This document shows positions 9,733 through 20,446 of a stretch of DNA of 64,000 nt, piece by piece (the stretch's first letter is position 1; every line of letters starts with the position of its first letter). The notes under the pieces are model-generated. The model was not told where the DNA came from, did no database searches, and saw only the letters and a program-made list of their open reading frames with translations. Both the position numbers and the translations under genes were made by a program. The stretch is from Candidatus Shapirobacteria bacterium (GTDB lineage Bacteria > Patescibacteriota > Microgenomatia > UBA12405): the NCBI GenBank assembly GCA_041661765.1, contig JBAZTV010000002.1, positions 203,279 to 267,278 of the forward strand, written 5' to 3'.

Positions 9733-10770
9733 ATGAATAAAATTTATAGTAATACTGAAGTTGCTGAATATTTACAAAACATTGCTACTGCTTATGAAAT
9801 TAAACGAAAAAACATTTTCAAAACCGTTTCCTATCAAAACGCTGCCGACACCGTTGCCAATTATCCAAAATCTATTCAAGAAATTTGGCAAAAAAATCCA
9901 AAAGATTTAGACAATATTCCTAATATTGGACCAAATATTCTCGCCAAAATAGACTATTTATTTAGAAACAATCAACCTCATCCAGCCGTTATTAAATCTT
10001 TCAAAAACATACAACCTTGTGTTTTTACTTTCACTAAAATTAACGGTATCGGCCCAAAAATTGCTTATAAGCTAAGTAAAAATTTAAAATTTTCAACTGA
10101 TCCTGAAAAATCTTTAACCGAATTAATTATATACGCTCAAAATGAAAAAATAAGGAATATACCTAGATTAGGTCAAAAATCAGAACAATTAATTTTAACC
10201 CAGACCCTAAATTTTTTAGGTATTGGAAAACGAATGCCTTTAAAACAAGCCCAAAAAACTGCCCAAAAGATTATTGTTTATCTTCATCAACAATTTCCCG
10301 AAACTGAAATTATTCCATTAGGGAGTCTTCGTCGCCAAGTTGAAACAGTAGGGGACATCGATCTCGCTGCCAAAAGCAGTGACACCGAAAAAATATTAAA
10401 TCATTTCATTAAATATCCAGAAAAAATTCAAATCATTAATAGAGGTGATAAAAAAGCCTCGATTTTAATTGAAAATTATATTCGAGTCGATTTAATGGTT
10501 CAGCCATCAAAAAATTTCGCTTCTCTAATTCAACATTTTACCGGCTCTCGTCAACACAACATTAATCTGCGAAAATACGCCCTAAATTTAGGCCTTTCAA
10601 TTTCCGAATATGGAGTAAAAAACCTAAAAACAGGTAAAATTAACACATTTGATAATGAAGAAAAACTTTATAATTTCCTAAATCTTTGCTATATTGAACC
10701 CCAAAACAGAACCGGTGATAATGAAATTGAAATTGCTCAAAAATGTTATAATGAAAATGTTAAAGATTAA
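9733..10770 (+). CDS. DNA polymerase beta-like (family X) nucleotidyltransferase core, without PHP domain
   Basis: HhH motifs (NIGPNILAKI; INGIGPKIAYKL) and an NT-transferase motif (GSLRRQVETVGDIDL). At 345 aa, about the Pol-beta core only. Confidence 0.6.
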   Translation: MNKIYSNTEVAEYLQNIATAYEIKRKNIFKTVSYQNAADTVANYPKSIQEIWQKNPKDLDNIPNIGPNILAKIDYLFRNNQPHPAVIKSFKNIQPCVFTFTKINGIGPKIAYKLSKNLKFSTDPEKSLTELIIYAQNEKIRNIPRLGQKSEQLILTQTLNFLGIGKRMPLKQAQKTAQKIIVYLHQQFPETEIIPLGSLRRQVETVGDIDLAAKSSDTEKILNHFIKYPEKIQIINRGDKKASILIENYIRVDLMVQPSKNFASLIQHFTGSRQHNINLRKYALNLGLSISEYGVKNLKTGKINTFDNEEKLYNFLNLCYIEPQNRTGDNEIEIAQKCYNENVKD

Positions 10771-10778
10771 TTAAAAAA

Positions 10779-11357
10779 ATGATTTATATAATTATCCTTG
10801 TTTTAGCCATTGTTTTTCTATTTTTCAGTTTTTTCAATAAATTAAAAACTCTCCAAGTCAGAATTAAAGCATCCATTCAAGAAATTGGTAATCAATTAAA
10901 ACGTCAAGCCAATTTAATTCCCAATTTAGTCGATTCCGTTAAAGGCTACATGACCCATGAAAAAGGAATTTTTGACCAATTAACCGAAGCTCGACAATCA
11001 ATTGACCAAGCTGTTAAAACCAACGATCCAAAAGCCATGGATAAGTCTCAAGAATTAATTAATAAAGCTCTCGGCTCAATTAATGTGGTTATGGAAAGCA
11101 ATCCAGAAATTAAAGCTTCAAATTTAGTTTCTAATTTAATGAACGAACTTCGTGACACCGCCGACAAATTAATGTATGCAAGACGAACATTAATCGACCT
11201 TACCGCCGATTTCAATACCACTATTTCCACTATCCCAGGAATATGGATTGCTCCACTTTTTGGTTTTAAAGAAGAAAAAGGATTAAGCACACCAACCGAC
11301 ATGGATCAACTCGAAGTTTCAAAAGAAGAAACCAAAAATCCAGAAGTAAAATTATAA
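10779..11357 (+). CDS. lemA: LemA family protein
   Basis: N-terminal TM helix and a conserved LemA region (QLKRQANLIPNLVDSVKGYMTHEKGIFDQLTEAR). Confidence 0.65.
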   Translation: MIYIIILVLAIVFLFFSFFNKLKTLQVRIKASIQEIGNQLKRQANLIPNLVDSVKGYMTHEKGIFDQLTEARQSIDQAVKTNDPKAMDKSQELINKALGSINVVMESNPEIKASNLVSNLMNELRDTADKLMYARRTLIDLTADFNTTISTIPGIWIAPLFGFKEEKGLSTPTDMDQLEVSKEETKNPEVKL

Positions 11358-11367
11358 AAAGATTATT

Positions 11368-12252
11368 ATGATTAATGTTTACGAACAAGTCTCTATAAAC
11401 AAATTTAAGTCGAGTTTAATTATTAGCCTATTTATAGGTTTTATTTTAGGTGCCACTTATTTAATTTCCCAAGCTTTTGGTTTTGGTAATGAATTTATGA
11501 TTTTTGCTTTGATCATTTCTTTTGGCATGTCAGGCGTCAGTTATTTTTGGGGCGACCAAATCGTTGTTTCTTTAAACGGTGCCAAACCAGCCAATCGTAA
11601 AGATTTTTTTGATTTTTATACCGTCACTGAAAATTTGAGTATGGCCAATAGTACCCCTATGCCAAAAGTTTATGTCATCGATAGTCCAGCCATGAATGCT
11701 TTTGCTACTGGTCGCGACCCTAAACATTCTTTAATTTGTGCCACTAGCGGTCTTTTGCAAAAATTAAATCGTACTGAACTCGAAGCTGTCATTGGCCATG
11801 AACTATCTCATGTAAAAAATTATGACATCCGTTTAATGATGATCGTCAGTATTTTAATCGGCACACTTTCGATTGTCGTTAATTTTGCCACCAATTCTAT
11901 GTTTTTTGGCGGCCGTGACAACGATAATGACAACAACAACCCTCTTATTGCCATTCTCGGCTTAGTTTTAATTATTTTTGCTCCAATCATCGCCCAATTA
12001 ATTCAATTAGCAATTTCCCGCCGTCGCGAATTTTTAGCCGATGCTTCAGCTGTAAAATTAACTCGTCAACCTCAAGGATTAATTGACGCTCTTAAAAAAA
12101 TATCCACAGATTCAAATAAATTAGAAACAGCCTCAACGGCTACCGCCTCCCTTTATATTAGTAATCCATTTAAGGGTAATAAAGTTGCTAGCCTTTTTTC
12201 TACTCACCCCCCAATAGAAGATAGAATCGCCGCTTTGAATAAAATGCTTTAA
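11368..12252 (+). CDS. htpX: HtpX-like M48 zinc metalloprotease
   Basis: HExxH (HELSHV) with TM segments. Sits directly downstream of lemA, a common pairing. Confidence 0.7.
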   Translation: MINVYEQVSINKFKSSLIISLFIGFILGATYLISQAFGFGNEFMIFALIISFGMSGVSYFWGDQIVVSLNGAKPANRKDFFDFYTVTENLSMANSTPMPKVYVIDSPAMNAFATGRDPKHSLICATSGLLQKLNRTELEAVIGHELSHVKNYDIRLMMIVSILIGTLSIVVNFATNSMFFGGRDNDNDNNNPLIAILGLVLIIFAPIIAQLIQLAISRRREFLADASAVKLTRQPQGLIDALKKISTDSNKLETASTATASLYISNPFKGNKVASLFSTHPPIEDRIAALNKML

Positions 12253-12260
12253 AATAACTC

Positions 12261-15200
12261 ATGGCTAATTTTGTTCATCTTCATGTTCATACTGAATATT
12301 CTCTTCTTGATGGCCTCACCAAAATTAAAAAATTAATTCCCGCGATTAAAGAAATGGGGATGGATTCCATTGCCATCACTGATCACGGTAATATGTATGG
12401 TGCCATTGAATTCTATAAGGCTTGCAAAAAAAATAATATTAAGCCAATTATTGGCTGTGAAGTCTATTTAGCTCCTAATGGCCGACTCGATAAATCAGCG
12501 GCCAATCGCCGCAATCACCATTTAATTTTATTAGCCAAAAACGACCAAGGCTATCGAAATTTAATGAAATTAGTCAGTATTGGAAACATTGAAGGTTATT
12601 ATTATAAACCTCGAATTGATTGGGAAATTTTACAACAATATAAAGATGGATTAATTTGTAATAGCGCCTGCATTGAGGGAGAAATTTCAAAATTAATTTT
12701 AGACGACAATTACGAAAAAGCTAAAAAAAGAGCCAAAGATTTTCAAGATCTTTTTGGAGAAGATTATTATTTAGAAATTCAACGACATCCAGGCTTAAAA
12801 GATCAAGATCGAGCCAACGAAGGAATCGTTAAAATTAGTCGAGAATTAGGCATTCCACTGATTGCCGCCAACGACGCCCACTACCTCAAAAAAAGTGATG
12901 CCTTTGCTCAAGATGTTTTAATGATGATTAATACTCAAACAACTCTCAACGACTCAAAAAGATTAAGTATGTTTGACATCCCCGATTTTTACATCAAATC
13001 ACCAGAAGAAATGGCAGAGCAGTTTTCCGATATTCCAGATGCTCTAGAAAACACTATAAAAATTGCCAAAAAATGTAATTTAGAAATTGAATTAGGCAAC
13101 TGGTATTTTCCTAAATTTAAACTACCAGAAAATAAAAATGCTGAAGAAACTTTAAAAGAATTAGTTTATAAATGCGCCGAAGAACATTACGGCAAATTAA
13201 ATCACGAAATAATTGATCGTCTCGAATATGAACTAGAAGTCATTAATCCAAAAGGTTACGCTGCTTACTTTTTGATCATGTACGATTTTATTCGTTGGAC
13301 TGAGGAGAATGATACTCCCACTAATACTAGGGGTTCTGCTGGCGGTTGTTTAGTTGCTTTCGTTTTAGGTATAACCTCCGTTGATCCTTTAATCTATCAA
13401 TTACCTTTCGAAAGATTTTTAAATAAAGATCGTCCTTCGCCACCAGATATCGATTTAGACATCGCCGACGACAAGCGACAAGGAATGCTTTATCATATCG
13501 TCGAACAATATGGTAAAGACGCTGTTGCTCAAATTTGTACTTTTGGTCGAATGATGGCCAAAGGTGCTGTCCGCGACACTGCTCGCGTTCTGGGTTATGA
13601 ATATACTATTGGAGACAAAATAAGTAAATTAATCCCCATGGGAGCTCAAGGCTTCCCCATGTCTATCGACAAAGCTATTGATACCACCCCTGAATTAAAA
13701 AATCTTTACGAAACCGACCCTGATTCCAAAAAAATTATTGAAGCCGCCAAACAAATCGAAGGTTGTGCTCGTCATATTAGTGTTCATGCCTGTGCTATTG
13801 TCATTTCTCCAACTGCCATCACCGATTTCTCTCCAGTTCAAACAGAAACTGGTGGCGACAAAACTATCACTCAATATGAAATGCATGCCTGTGAGGATGT
13901 CGGTTTAATTAAATATGATATTTTAGGGATTCGAAATTTGTCCTTTTTGGGACAATCAGTTTTAAATGTTCGTAAATATAAAAATATTGACATCAATCTA
14001 AGAAAAATTCCTCTCGATGATAAAAAAACTTTTGAGATGCTTTCTCGTGGTAATACTATGGGTGTCTTTCAACTAGCAGGCGAGGGAATGACAAAATGGA
14101 TTAAAGAACTTAAACCAAATCGAGTTGAAGATTTAATGGCCATGGTGGCTCTTTATCGTCCCGGTCCAATGGCTATTATTCCAGAATATATTGCCCGTAA
14201 AAACGATCCGTCTAAAACCAGCTATATCGATCCTAAAATGGAAAAATTTTTAGATAAATCATATGGTCTTTTGGTTTACCAAGATGACTGTTTATACACT
14301 GCCATTGAGCTCGCTGGTTACAATTGGACCGAAGTCGATAAATTTAGAAAAGCTATTGGTAAAAAAATTCCCGAAGAAATGGCTATTCAAAAAGAAAAAT
14401 TTATCAATGGATGTATTAAAAATGGTTACACTGAGGAAAAAGCTAAAGAAATTTTTAGTTACATTGAACCATTCACTTCATACGGTTTCAATAAAGCTCA
14501 CGCTGCCTCCTATGGAATGCTTGCCTATCGCACTGCCTACATGAAAGCCAATTATCCAGTTGAATACATGTGTGCCCTTCTAACCGCCGAATCTGGTGAC
14601 TCTGAAAAAATAACCGATGGTGTTAGTGAATGTCGTCATTTAGGTATAATTGTCGGACCTCCTAATATTAATAAATCATTAAGTGGTTTTGAAATAGAAG
14701 AAAATTCCGAATCACTCGAAAAACTCGCTATTCGTTTTGGTTTAAGTGCTATTAAAAATGTCGGCGAGGCCGCTATTGAAAACATTATTAACGAACGAAA
14801 CACTAATGGTCCATTTATTAGTTTTAATGATTTTTGCCTTCGTGTCGATTCTCAAAAAATTAATAAAAGAGTTTTAGAAAGTTTAATCAAAGTCGGTGCC
14901 ATGGATAAGTTTGGCGAAAGAAACGCCATTTTAGCCTCACTTGAAAAAATTAGAATCGATTGTGACAAGTTAAATGCAAAAAAAAGTAATGGACAATTCA
15001 GTCTTTTTGATGCTCCTACCGATGATAATACTAAGATAATTGCTCCACCAGATATTTTTATTCAAACCACTCCTATGACCGAACATGACCGTTTAGCCCT
15101 GGAAAAAGAACTTCTCGGAATCTTTATCACTGAAAATCCCGTTAGTAAAATTCTCCTTCCCTTTCAAACTCTAGGCCTTCCTAAAATATCTGAAATTATT

Positions 15201-15683
15201 CAAAAAGACACCAACATTCCAGTTAAAATGGCCGCCTCTTTAACCAAAATCAAAATGATTCGCACTAAGAAAAATAATGCCAAAATGGCTTTCCTCTCTT
15301 TTGAAGACGAAACCGGAAAAATCGAAGCTGTCGTTTTTCCTAAAACTTTTGATGAAATCGAAAATATCCTAGCCGAAAATAAGGCATTTTATATTGAAGG
15401 TAAGACTAACATAAGAGAAGGTGCTCTATCAATTTTAATTGATAATATTAGCTTAGATCCTCCCAAAAATTCCTCAAAATATGATTTTGTCATTACCGTT
15501 CCCAAAAACGCCAGTCAAAATCAATTAATGAACTTAAATACCCTACTTAAACAAAACCCCAATGGACATCGCGGTTTAATAATTCTTCCAAATGGAAAAA
15601 ATATTCCACTCAATTACGGAGTAAACTATAATGAAAACCTTCAGCAACAAATTGACAATATCTTCTTGTCAAATAAAAATTAG
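12261..15683 (+). CDS. dnaE: DNA polymerase III alpha subunit
   Basis: N-terminal PHP domain (HLHVHTEYSLLDG) and the pol III alpha core. Length 1140 aa. Confidence 0.9.
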   Translation: MANFVHLHVHTEYSLLDGLTKIKKLIPAIKEMGMDSIAITDHGNMYGAIEFYKACKKNNIKPIIGCEVYLAPNGRLDKSAANRRNHHLILLAKNDQGYRNLMKLVSIGNIEGYYYKPRIDWEILQQYKDGLICNSACIEGEISKLILDDNYEKAKKRAKDFQDLFGEDYYLEIQRHPGLKDQDRANEGIVKISRELGIPLIAANDAHYLKKSDAFAQDVLMMINTQTTLNDSKRLSMFDIPDFYIKSPEEMAEQFSDIPDALENTIKIAKKCNLEIELGNWYFPKFKLPENKNAEETLKELVYKCAEEHYGKLNHEIIDRLEYELEVINPKGYAAYFLIMYDFIRWTEENDTPTNTRGSAGGCLVAFVLGITSVDPLIYQLPFERFLNKDRPSPPDIDLDIADDKRQGMLYHIVEQYGKDAVAQICTFGRMMAKGAVRDTARVLGYEYTIGDKISKLIPMGAQGFPMSIDKAIDTTPELKNLYETDPDSKKIIEAAKQIEGCARHISVHACAIVISPTAITDFSPVQTETGGDKTITQYEMHACEDVGLIKYDILGIRNLSFLGQSVLNVRKYKNIDINLRKIPLDDKKTFEMLSRGNTMGVFQLAGEGMTKWIKELKPNRVEDLMAMVALYRPGPMAIIPEYIARKNDPSKTSYIDPKMEKFLDKSYGLLVYQDDCLYTAIELAGYNWTEVDKFRKAIGKKIPEEMAIQKEKFINGCIKNGYTEEKAKEIFSYIEPFTSYGFNKAHAASYGMLAYRTAYMKANYPVEYMCALLTAESGDSEKITDGVSECRHLGIIVGPPNINKSLSGFEIEENSESLEKLAIRFGLSAIKNVGEAAIENIINERNTNGPFISFNDFCLRVDSQKINKRVLESLIKVGAMDKFGERNAILASLEKIRIDCDKLNAKKSNGQFSLFDAPTDDNTKIIAPPDIFIQTTPMTEHDRLALEKELLGIFITENPVSKILLPFQTLGLPKISEIIQKDTNIPVKMAASLTKIKMIRTKKNNAKMAFLSFEDETGKIEAVVFPKTFDEIENILAENKAFYIEGKTNIREGALSILIDNISLDPPKNSSKYDFVITVPKNASQNQLMNLNTLLKQNPNGHRGLIILPNGKNIPLNYGVNYNENLQQQIDNIFLSNKN

Positions 15684-15741
15684 ATTGCTAGACTACCAAG
15701 GCTTACTTTGATATAATTCAAAGCATCAATTTAATATAAAC

Positions 15742-16056
15742 ATGTCCTTAAAAATCACTTATAAAGAACAAGACTTTTTCGTTGGTGACTCCGTCAAAGT
15801 CAATTATAAAATCAAAGAAAAAGATAAAGAAAGAGTACAAGCTTTCGATGGTGTTATTTTAGCTGTCAAAGGAATGGGTGAAAATAAAAATTTCATCGTT
15901 CAAAAGGTTGCCTCAAATGCCGTCAAAGTTGAAAGAACTTTTCCAGTCAATTCACCTTGGATTGATAGTATTATTAAATTAAGAGCACCAAAAAGTAAAA
16001 TTCGACGAGCTAAACTGTACTATTTGCGTGCCGATAAAGTTCGTAAAACAGCTTAA
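15742..16056 (+). CDS. rplS: 50S ribosomal protein L19
   Basis: 104 aa; ...VERTFPVNSPWIDSIIKLRAPKSKIRRAKLYYLR. Confidence 0.85.
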   Translation: MSLKITYKEQDFFVGDSVKVNYKIKEKDKERVQAFDGVILAVKGMGENKNFIVQKVASNAVKVERTFPVNSPWIDSIIKLRAPKSKIRRAKLYYLRADKVRKTA

Positions 16057-16062
16057 TAATCT

Positions 16063-16135
16063 GGGTCTTTAGCTCAGTCGGTAGAGCAGTTGCCTTTTAA
16101 GCAATTGGTCGCGGGTTCGAATCCCGCAGGACCCA
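16063..16135 (+). tRNA. tRNA-Lys (anticodon TTT)
   Basis: GGGTCTTTAGCTCAGTCGGTAGAGC..., anticodon loop CTTTTAA, T-loop TTCGAAT. Confidence 0.85.
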
Positions 16136-16138
16136 CAC

Positions 16139-16786
16139 ATGCACATCTACGGTCTAATCCTAGGAATCTGTTTTGTCGTCAGCATCACGTATTTCCAAAA
16201 AAATAATAAAATTATTCCCAAAAATAAAGAAAATATTTTCCTTATTTTTCTCCTAATTTTCGGTATAATTGGCGCTCGAATTTATTCCATTATTCAAAAT
16301 TGGCATTATTTTTCTCAAAACCCCATCCAAATTTTAAATCTTCCCGGTGGTGGATTTGGAATTTATGGTGGCTTAATTTTTGGAATTTTCTTTATTTTTC
16401 TTTTTTCTCAAAAAAATAAAATTAATTTTTTAAAAATCACCAACACTCTTGCTCCTATTGTTCCTCTTTGCCAAAGTCTGGGTCGCTTCGGGAATTTTTT
16501 TAATCATGAAATTTACGGCATTAATAATCAACCAGTTTGGTTTTATGAATCCATTTTATTATTTATCTTATTTTTAATTTTTCAAAAAATGAAAACCCAT
16601 CAAACCGCCATTTACCTAATTTACTATGGAACTATCAGATTTTTCCTCGAATTCATTCGACTCGACACTATTCCCGTTTATTTTTTAACATTTGCTCAAA
16701 TTTTAAGCCTTTCTTTTATTTTAATTGGCTTTATAATAATCATTTATGAAAACACTAGTAATAAACCCAGGGTCAACCAGCACTAA
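16139..16786 (+). CDS. lgt: Prolipoprotein diacylglyceryl transferase
   Basis: Polytopic membrane protein carrying the Lgt signature GRFGNFFNHE. Confidence 0.75.
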   Translation: MHIYGLILGICFVVSITYFQKNNKIIPKNKENIFLIFLLIFGIIGARIYSIIQNWHYFSQNPIQILNLPGGGFGIYGGLIFGIFFIFLFSQKNKINFLKITNTLAPIVPLCQSLGRFGNFFNHEIYGINNQPVWFYESILLFILFLIFQKMKTHQTAIYLIYYGTIRFFLEFIRLDTIPVYFLTFAQILSLSFILIGFIIIIYENTSNKPRVNQH

Positions 16787-17828
16787 AATAGCTGTCTTTG
16801 AAGATAAGGAACTTATTTTTGAATCCAAAATGGATCATACTAAGGATCAAGAATTCCAAGAAAAATTTAGTAAACCAGGAAATATTTTTAGACAATTTGA
16901 TTATCGACTTCAACATATCTCCGACACCTTAAAAGAAAACGATATTACTCAACTTGATGCCATTGTTGGTCGTGGTGGAATGCTTCCTCCTCTTACTTCT
17001 GGCACTTATATAGTTAACGAAAGAATGGTTGATGATTTAAAAGATCGTCCCCAAGCCAATCATGCCTCAAATCTTGGCGCTCCAATTGCTCTAGAATTAG
17101 CCAAAAAATTCAACATCACTGATAAAGTTTTTATTGCTGATTCTGTCACCACCGACGAAATTAAATTAAAACACAAAATCACTGGTATTCCCGAAATCAA
17201 TCGATATTCTGGTTGGCACGCTTTAAATCAAAAAGCTGTTTCCCGAGAATATGCTCAATCAATCGGTAAAAAATATGAAGATTTGAATTTAATTGTTGCT
17301 CATCTTGGTGGTGGATTTTCTTTCGGTGCCCACAAAAAAGGAGTTACTATTAATGTCACCAATGCTCTTGCTGGTGAAGGTCCAATGAGTCCAGAAAAAT
17401 CTGGTCAAGTTCATGCACAAGGATTAATTAATCTTTGTTTTTCCGGTAAATACACCAAAGAAGAAATTATGAATAAAATTCTTGGTGGCGGCGGTATTTT
17501 TGCCCATCTCGGCACCAAAGACACAATGGAACTCGAAAAAAGATATCCAACAATGAGTGATCAAGATAAAGACGTTGTTGATGAAATGATTGCTGGAGTT
17601 TCTCGATCAATTTGTGCTTTAATTCCCGATTTTGAAGGTGAAGAAATCGATCAAATTCTTTTGACTGGTGGAGTCTCTTATTGGAGATTGTTAACCGACA
17701 AAGTTAAACAAGATGTTTTTGCCACTAAAATAGGTGTTTCTGTTTATCCAGGTGAAAAAGAACTTGAAGCTCTTCGCGACGCTGCCATCAGAGTATTAAA
17801 TCACGAAGAATCTGCCAAAGAATATTAA
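16746..17828 (+). CDS. buk: Butyrate kinase (acetate/butyrate kinase family)
   Basis: MKTLVINPGSTSTKIAVF N-terminus; size about 360 aa. Confidence 0.7.
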   Translation: MKTLVINPGSTSTKIAVFEDKELIFESKMDHTKDQEFQEKFSKPGNIFRQFDYRLQHISDTLKENDITQLDAIVGRGGMLPPLTSGTYIVNERMVDDLKDRPQANHASNLGAPIALELAKKFNITDKVFIADSVTTDEIKLKHKITGIPEINRYSGWHALNQKAVSREYAQSIGKKYEDLNLIVAHLGGGFSFGAHKKGVTINVTNALAGEGPMSPEKSGQVHAQGLINLCFSGKYTKEEIMNKILGGGGIFAHLGTKDTMELEKRYPTMSDQDKDVVDEMIAGVSRSICALIPDFEGEEIDQILLTGGVSYWRLLTDKVKQDVFATKIGVSVYPGEKELEALRDAAIRVLNHEESAKEY

Positions 17829-17829
17829 C

Positions 17830-18495
17830 CTACCAAATTATTGGTTCTTTATCATTAAAAATCAAATAAGAATTTGTTTGGGAAAATGGTTTTGACCCAA
17901 AAAATCCATTATAAGCCGAAAGAGGGGAAGGGTGAACTGATTTAATCACTAAATGTTTTGACTCATCAATTATATTTCCTTTTTTTTGAGCGTAACCACC
18001 CCATAAAATAAAAACTAAATTTTCCTTTTGTTCCGACAAAATTTTAATCACTGCATCAGTAAATCTTTCCCAACCCTTGTTTTGATGCGAGCCAGCCATG
18101 TGTGCTTGTACAGTTAACGTTGCGTTTAACATCAACACACCTTGCTTAGCCCAATTCTCCAAATTTCCATTTTTATTAATCGTTTTCTTTCCTAAATCGC
18201 TTTCAATTTCTTTATAAATATTTACCAACGATGGCGGTGTCACCACTTCATCGTTCACCGAAAATGCCAATCCATTAGCCTGATTTACCCCATGATACGG
18301 ATCTTGTCCTAAAATTATCACCTTAACTTTATCAAAAGGCGTTAATTCAAATGCATTAAAAATAAATTTTGCTGGTGGATAAACCGTTGTTTTTTTATAT
18401 TCCGATTTTATAAATTCCACTAATTTAGAAAAATATTCCTCACTAAATTCTTTTTGCAAAACTTCTTTCCAACTTGATTCAATTTTTACTTCCAT
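17830..18495 (-). CDS. ung: Uracil-DNA glycosylase (family 1)
   Basis: ILGQDPYHG...GLAFSV...HPSPLSA motifs. Confidence 0.8.
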   Translation of the reverse strand: MEVKIESSWKEVLQKEFSEEYFSKLVEFIKSEYKKTTVYPPAKFIFNAFELTPFDKVKVIILGQDPYHGVNQANGLAFSVNDEVVTPPSLVNIYKEIESDLGKKTINKNGNLENWAKQGVLMLNATLTVQAHMAGSHQNKGWERFTDAVIKILSEQKENLVFILWGGYAQKKGNIIDESKHLVIKSVHPSPLSAYNGFFGSKPFSQTNSYLIFNDKEPIIW

Positions 18496-18595
18496 AAATA
18501 CATAATAAACACATTAAAGATAAAAAAAAGACCGCAGATTCTTATACACATTACTGTGCAAAAAAAACTACAGTCTTAATCTGAAATTTTTAAAA

Positions 18596-19159
18596 TTATT
18601 TTTCCTTCAAAGACTTTTGTAAGATATTTCTATTTTTAAAAAAATAATCAAACATCCCCAAAATAGAAATTATTGTAGATAAATACATCACTAACTGTCC
18701 AAAATACAACAATTCACTAAAACCACCAGCCACTAAAAAAAGAACAATTAAACCAATAAGTTGTGTAAATGTTTTAGTTTTACCCAACCAACTAGCAGAA
18801 ACTACTTTTCCTTTTTGATTACTAACAATCAAACGAATACCGTCCACGATATAATCCCTACAGACAATAACTCCTGTCACCCAAAGTGGAAGCTCCCCGA
18901 TCCAATTAAGTACCAATAAAGCCACCACAACCGTAAATTTATCGGCAATTGGATCCATTATTGCCCCAAAGACAGTTGTTTCTTTTCGACTACGAGCCAA
19001 ATAACCATCCAACCAGTCAGTTAAAGCAGCTAAACTAAAAATAAATATCACTCCGTACCAATAAAAATTACAATTTATTTTTTTCGCCACTACGGCTAAG
19101 ACTAAGAAAAACAAAACTAAACCGATACGTGAAATCGTCAATTTGTTAGGAATATTCAC
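18596..19159 (-). CDS. pgsA: CDP-alcohol phosphatidyltransferase (PgsA-like)
   Basis: DWLDGYLAR...G...DPIADK signature with TM helices. Confidence 0.75.
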   Translation of the reverse strand: MNIPNKLTISRIGLVLFFLVLAVVAKKINCNFYWYGVIFIFSLAALTDWLDGYLARSRKETTVFGAIMDPIADKFTVVVALLVLNWIGELPLWVTGVIVCRDYIVDGIRLIVSNQKGKVVSASWLGKTKTFTQLIGLIVLFLVAGGFSELLYFGQLVMYLSTIISILGMFDYFFKNRNILQKSLKEK

Positions 19160-19309
19160 AATCCATCTCCTCCTCTTAATTTAAAAAAATCAGATTATCA
19201 AAGAACCACTGTACCAATTTGATCTAGTGTAGTACTAGTAAATCAATATAGTAGGCAATTTTAACACAACAAAAAGTAACATTCCCAAATCTGAAATTTC
19301 AAAACTTTT

Positions 19310-19361
19310 GTGAGCTGAGTATCCAAATTTCGAACACCTGATCAAATATATTTGAAATTTA
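19310..19361 (+). repeat. Direct repeat copy 1 (~52 bp; GTGAGCTGAGTATCCAAATTTCGAACACC...)
   Basis: About 80% identical to 20447..20497 in the same orientation. Both copies lie about 150-220 bp upstream of minus-strand gene starts. Confidence 0.6.
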
Positions 19362-19512
19362 TAGAATCGCAATTGTCGATAAATAATTTTATTCGGCCAA
19401 TGTAATCGAATCTATTCTTACCGCAGCTCCTTTTATAACTCCTTTCGGTTTTGAAAATCAAAAGCCTCTTCAAAAAGATCATTATTACTGTTCAAACTTT
19501 CAACATTTTCTT

Positions 19513-19899
19513 TTAATATTTCTGTAAACATCTTTTTTTTGATGACCTTCTTGAAGGTATAGCACGACAAACATCTAATAATCTCTCAACCTTATAACGA
19601 TCTTCACTTCCGTCATCACTCACTCTACCAAAGAAAGAATACTGACTAGCACCATCCGATAAACCTTTAGAAAGATAATTAAACGTATCAAAATCATTCC
19701 AATCTACTTTTTTCACCATTTCAGTAGCTTCAATATTACTTATTTTAGAGTCAAAAAAAACAAGTAAAGTATATATTTTAAGACAATTCTGATAATTAGA
19801 AAACCAAATCATTAATGAACTTAAGCTCTGTCCAATTACTCCTGTATAGGGAATAGAACTAGATAATAATTTAAAATTTTGAAAAAAATAAGGCCTCAA
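19513..19899 (-). CDS. Hypothetical protein, possibly a gene fragment
   Basis: ORF only. Low local coding density. A-ending codon bias. Confidence 0.3.
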   Translation of the reverse strand: MRPYFFQNFKLLSSSIPYTGVIGQSLSSLMIWFSNYQNCLKIYTLLVFFDSKISNIEATEMVKKVDWNDFDTFNYLSKGLSDGASQYSFFGRVSDDGSEDRYKVERLLDVCRAIPSRRSSKKRCLQKY

Positions 19900-20024
19900 G
19901 TATTGTTATAAACAATAGGTTTTTACCTATAATCTATAATATTACTCAAAGCCTTTGTTTTATTACCCTTTGGATAATACTATTTACACAATAATCATTA
20001 AGGGTTCCTTGCTCTGCCGATTTT

Positions 20025-20282
20025 CTAAAAGTTTTCTAAGGCGAAAGGATAGCTTGAAATCTTCTTTTCGTAAAAAACTATATAAAAAATATCGTGCTCA
20101 TTGCCAATTAACCTTTTGGCCTCAATCATTCTTTCTTTTTCAGAAACATCATTAATAAGCTTTTTCGCTATTAAATTTTTATTGTTAGAAGCTTCGGCTA
20201 AAGACATCATCGCACCACCTGTTTCAACATAATCCACATAAATCAAATACCAACCTGGTCCTTCTTTGAACGTTTTGTTCAT
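20025..20282 (-). CDS. Hypothetical protein, possibly a gene fragment
   Basis: ORF only. Same strand as 19513..19899 and only 125 nt upstream of it. Confidence 0.3.
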   Translation of the reverse strand: MNKTFKEGPGWYLIYVDYVETGGAMMSLAEASNNKNLIAKKLINDVSEKERMIEAKRLIGNEHDIFYIVFYEKKISSYPFALENF

Positions 20283-20446
20283 TTTTTCATACCACCTTTA
20301 TATTTTTTTTCTTTTCAATAATTCTGGTCAACCCAATTTTGAATGTGCAATAACAAAGTGATTATAACACAATTATTATAAGATATAAATGTGATACAAA
20401 AATGCATTCAGTAAAGACTTAATAGGTTGCATTAAATTGTTTGGCC

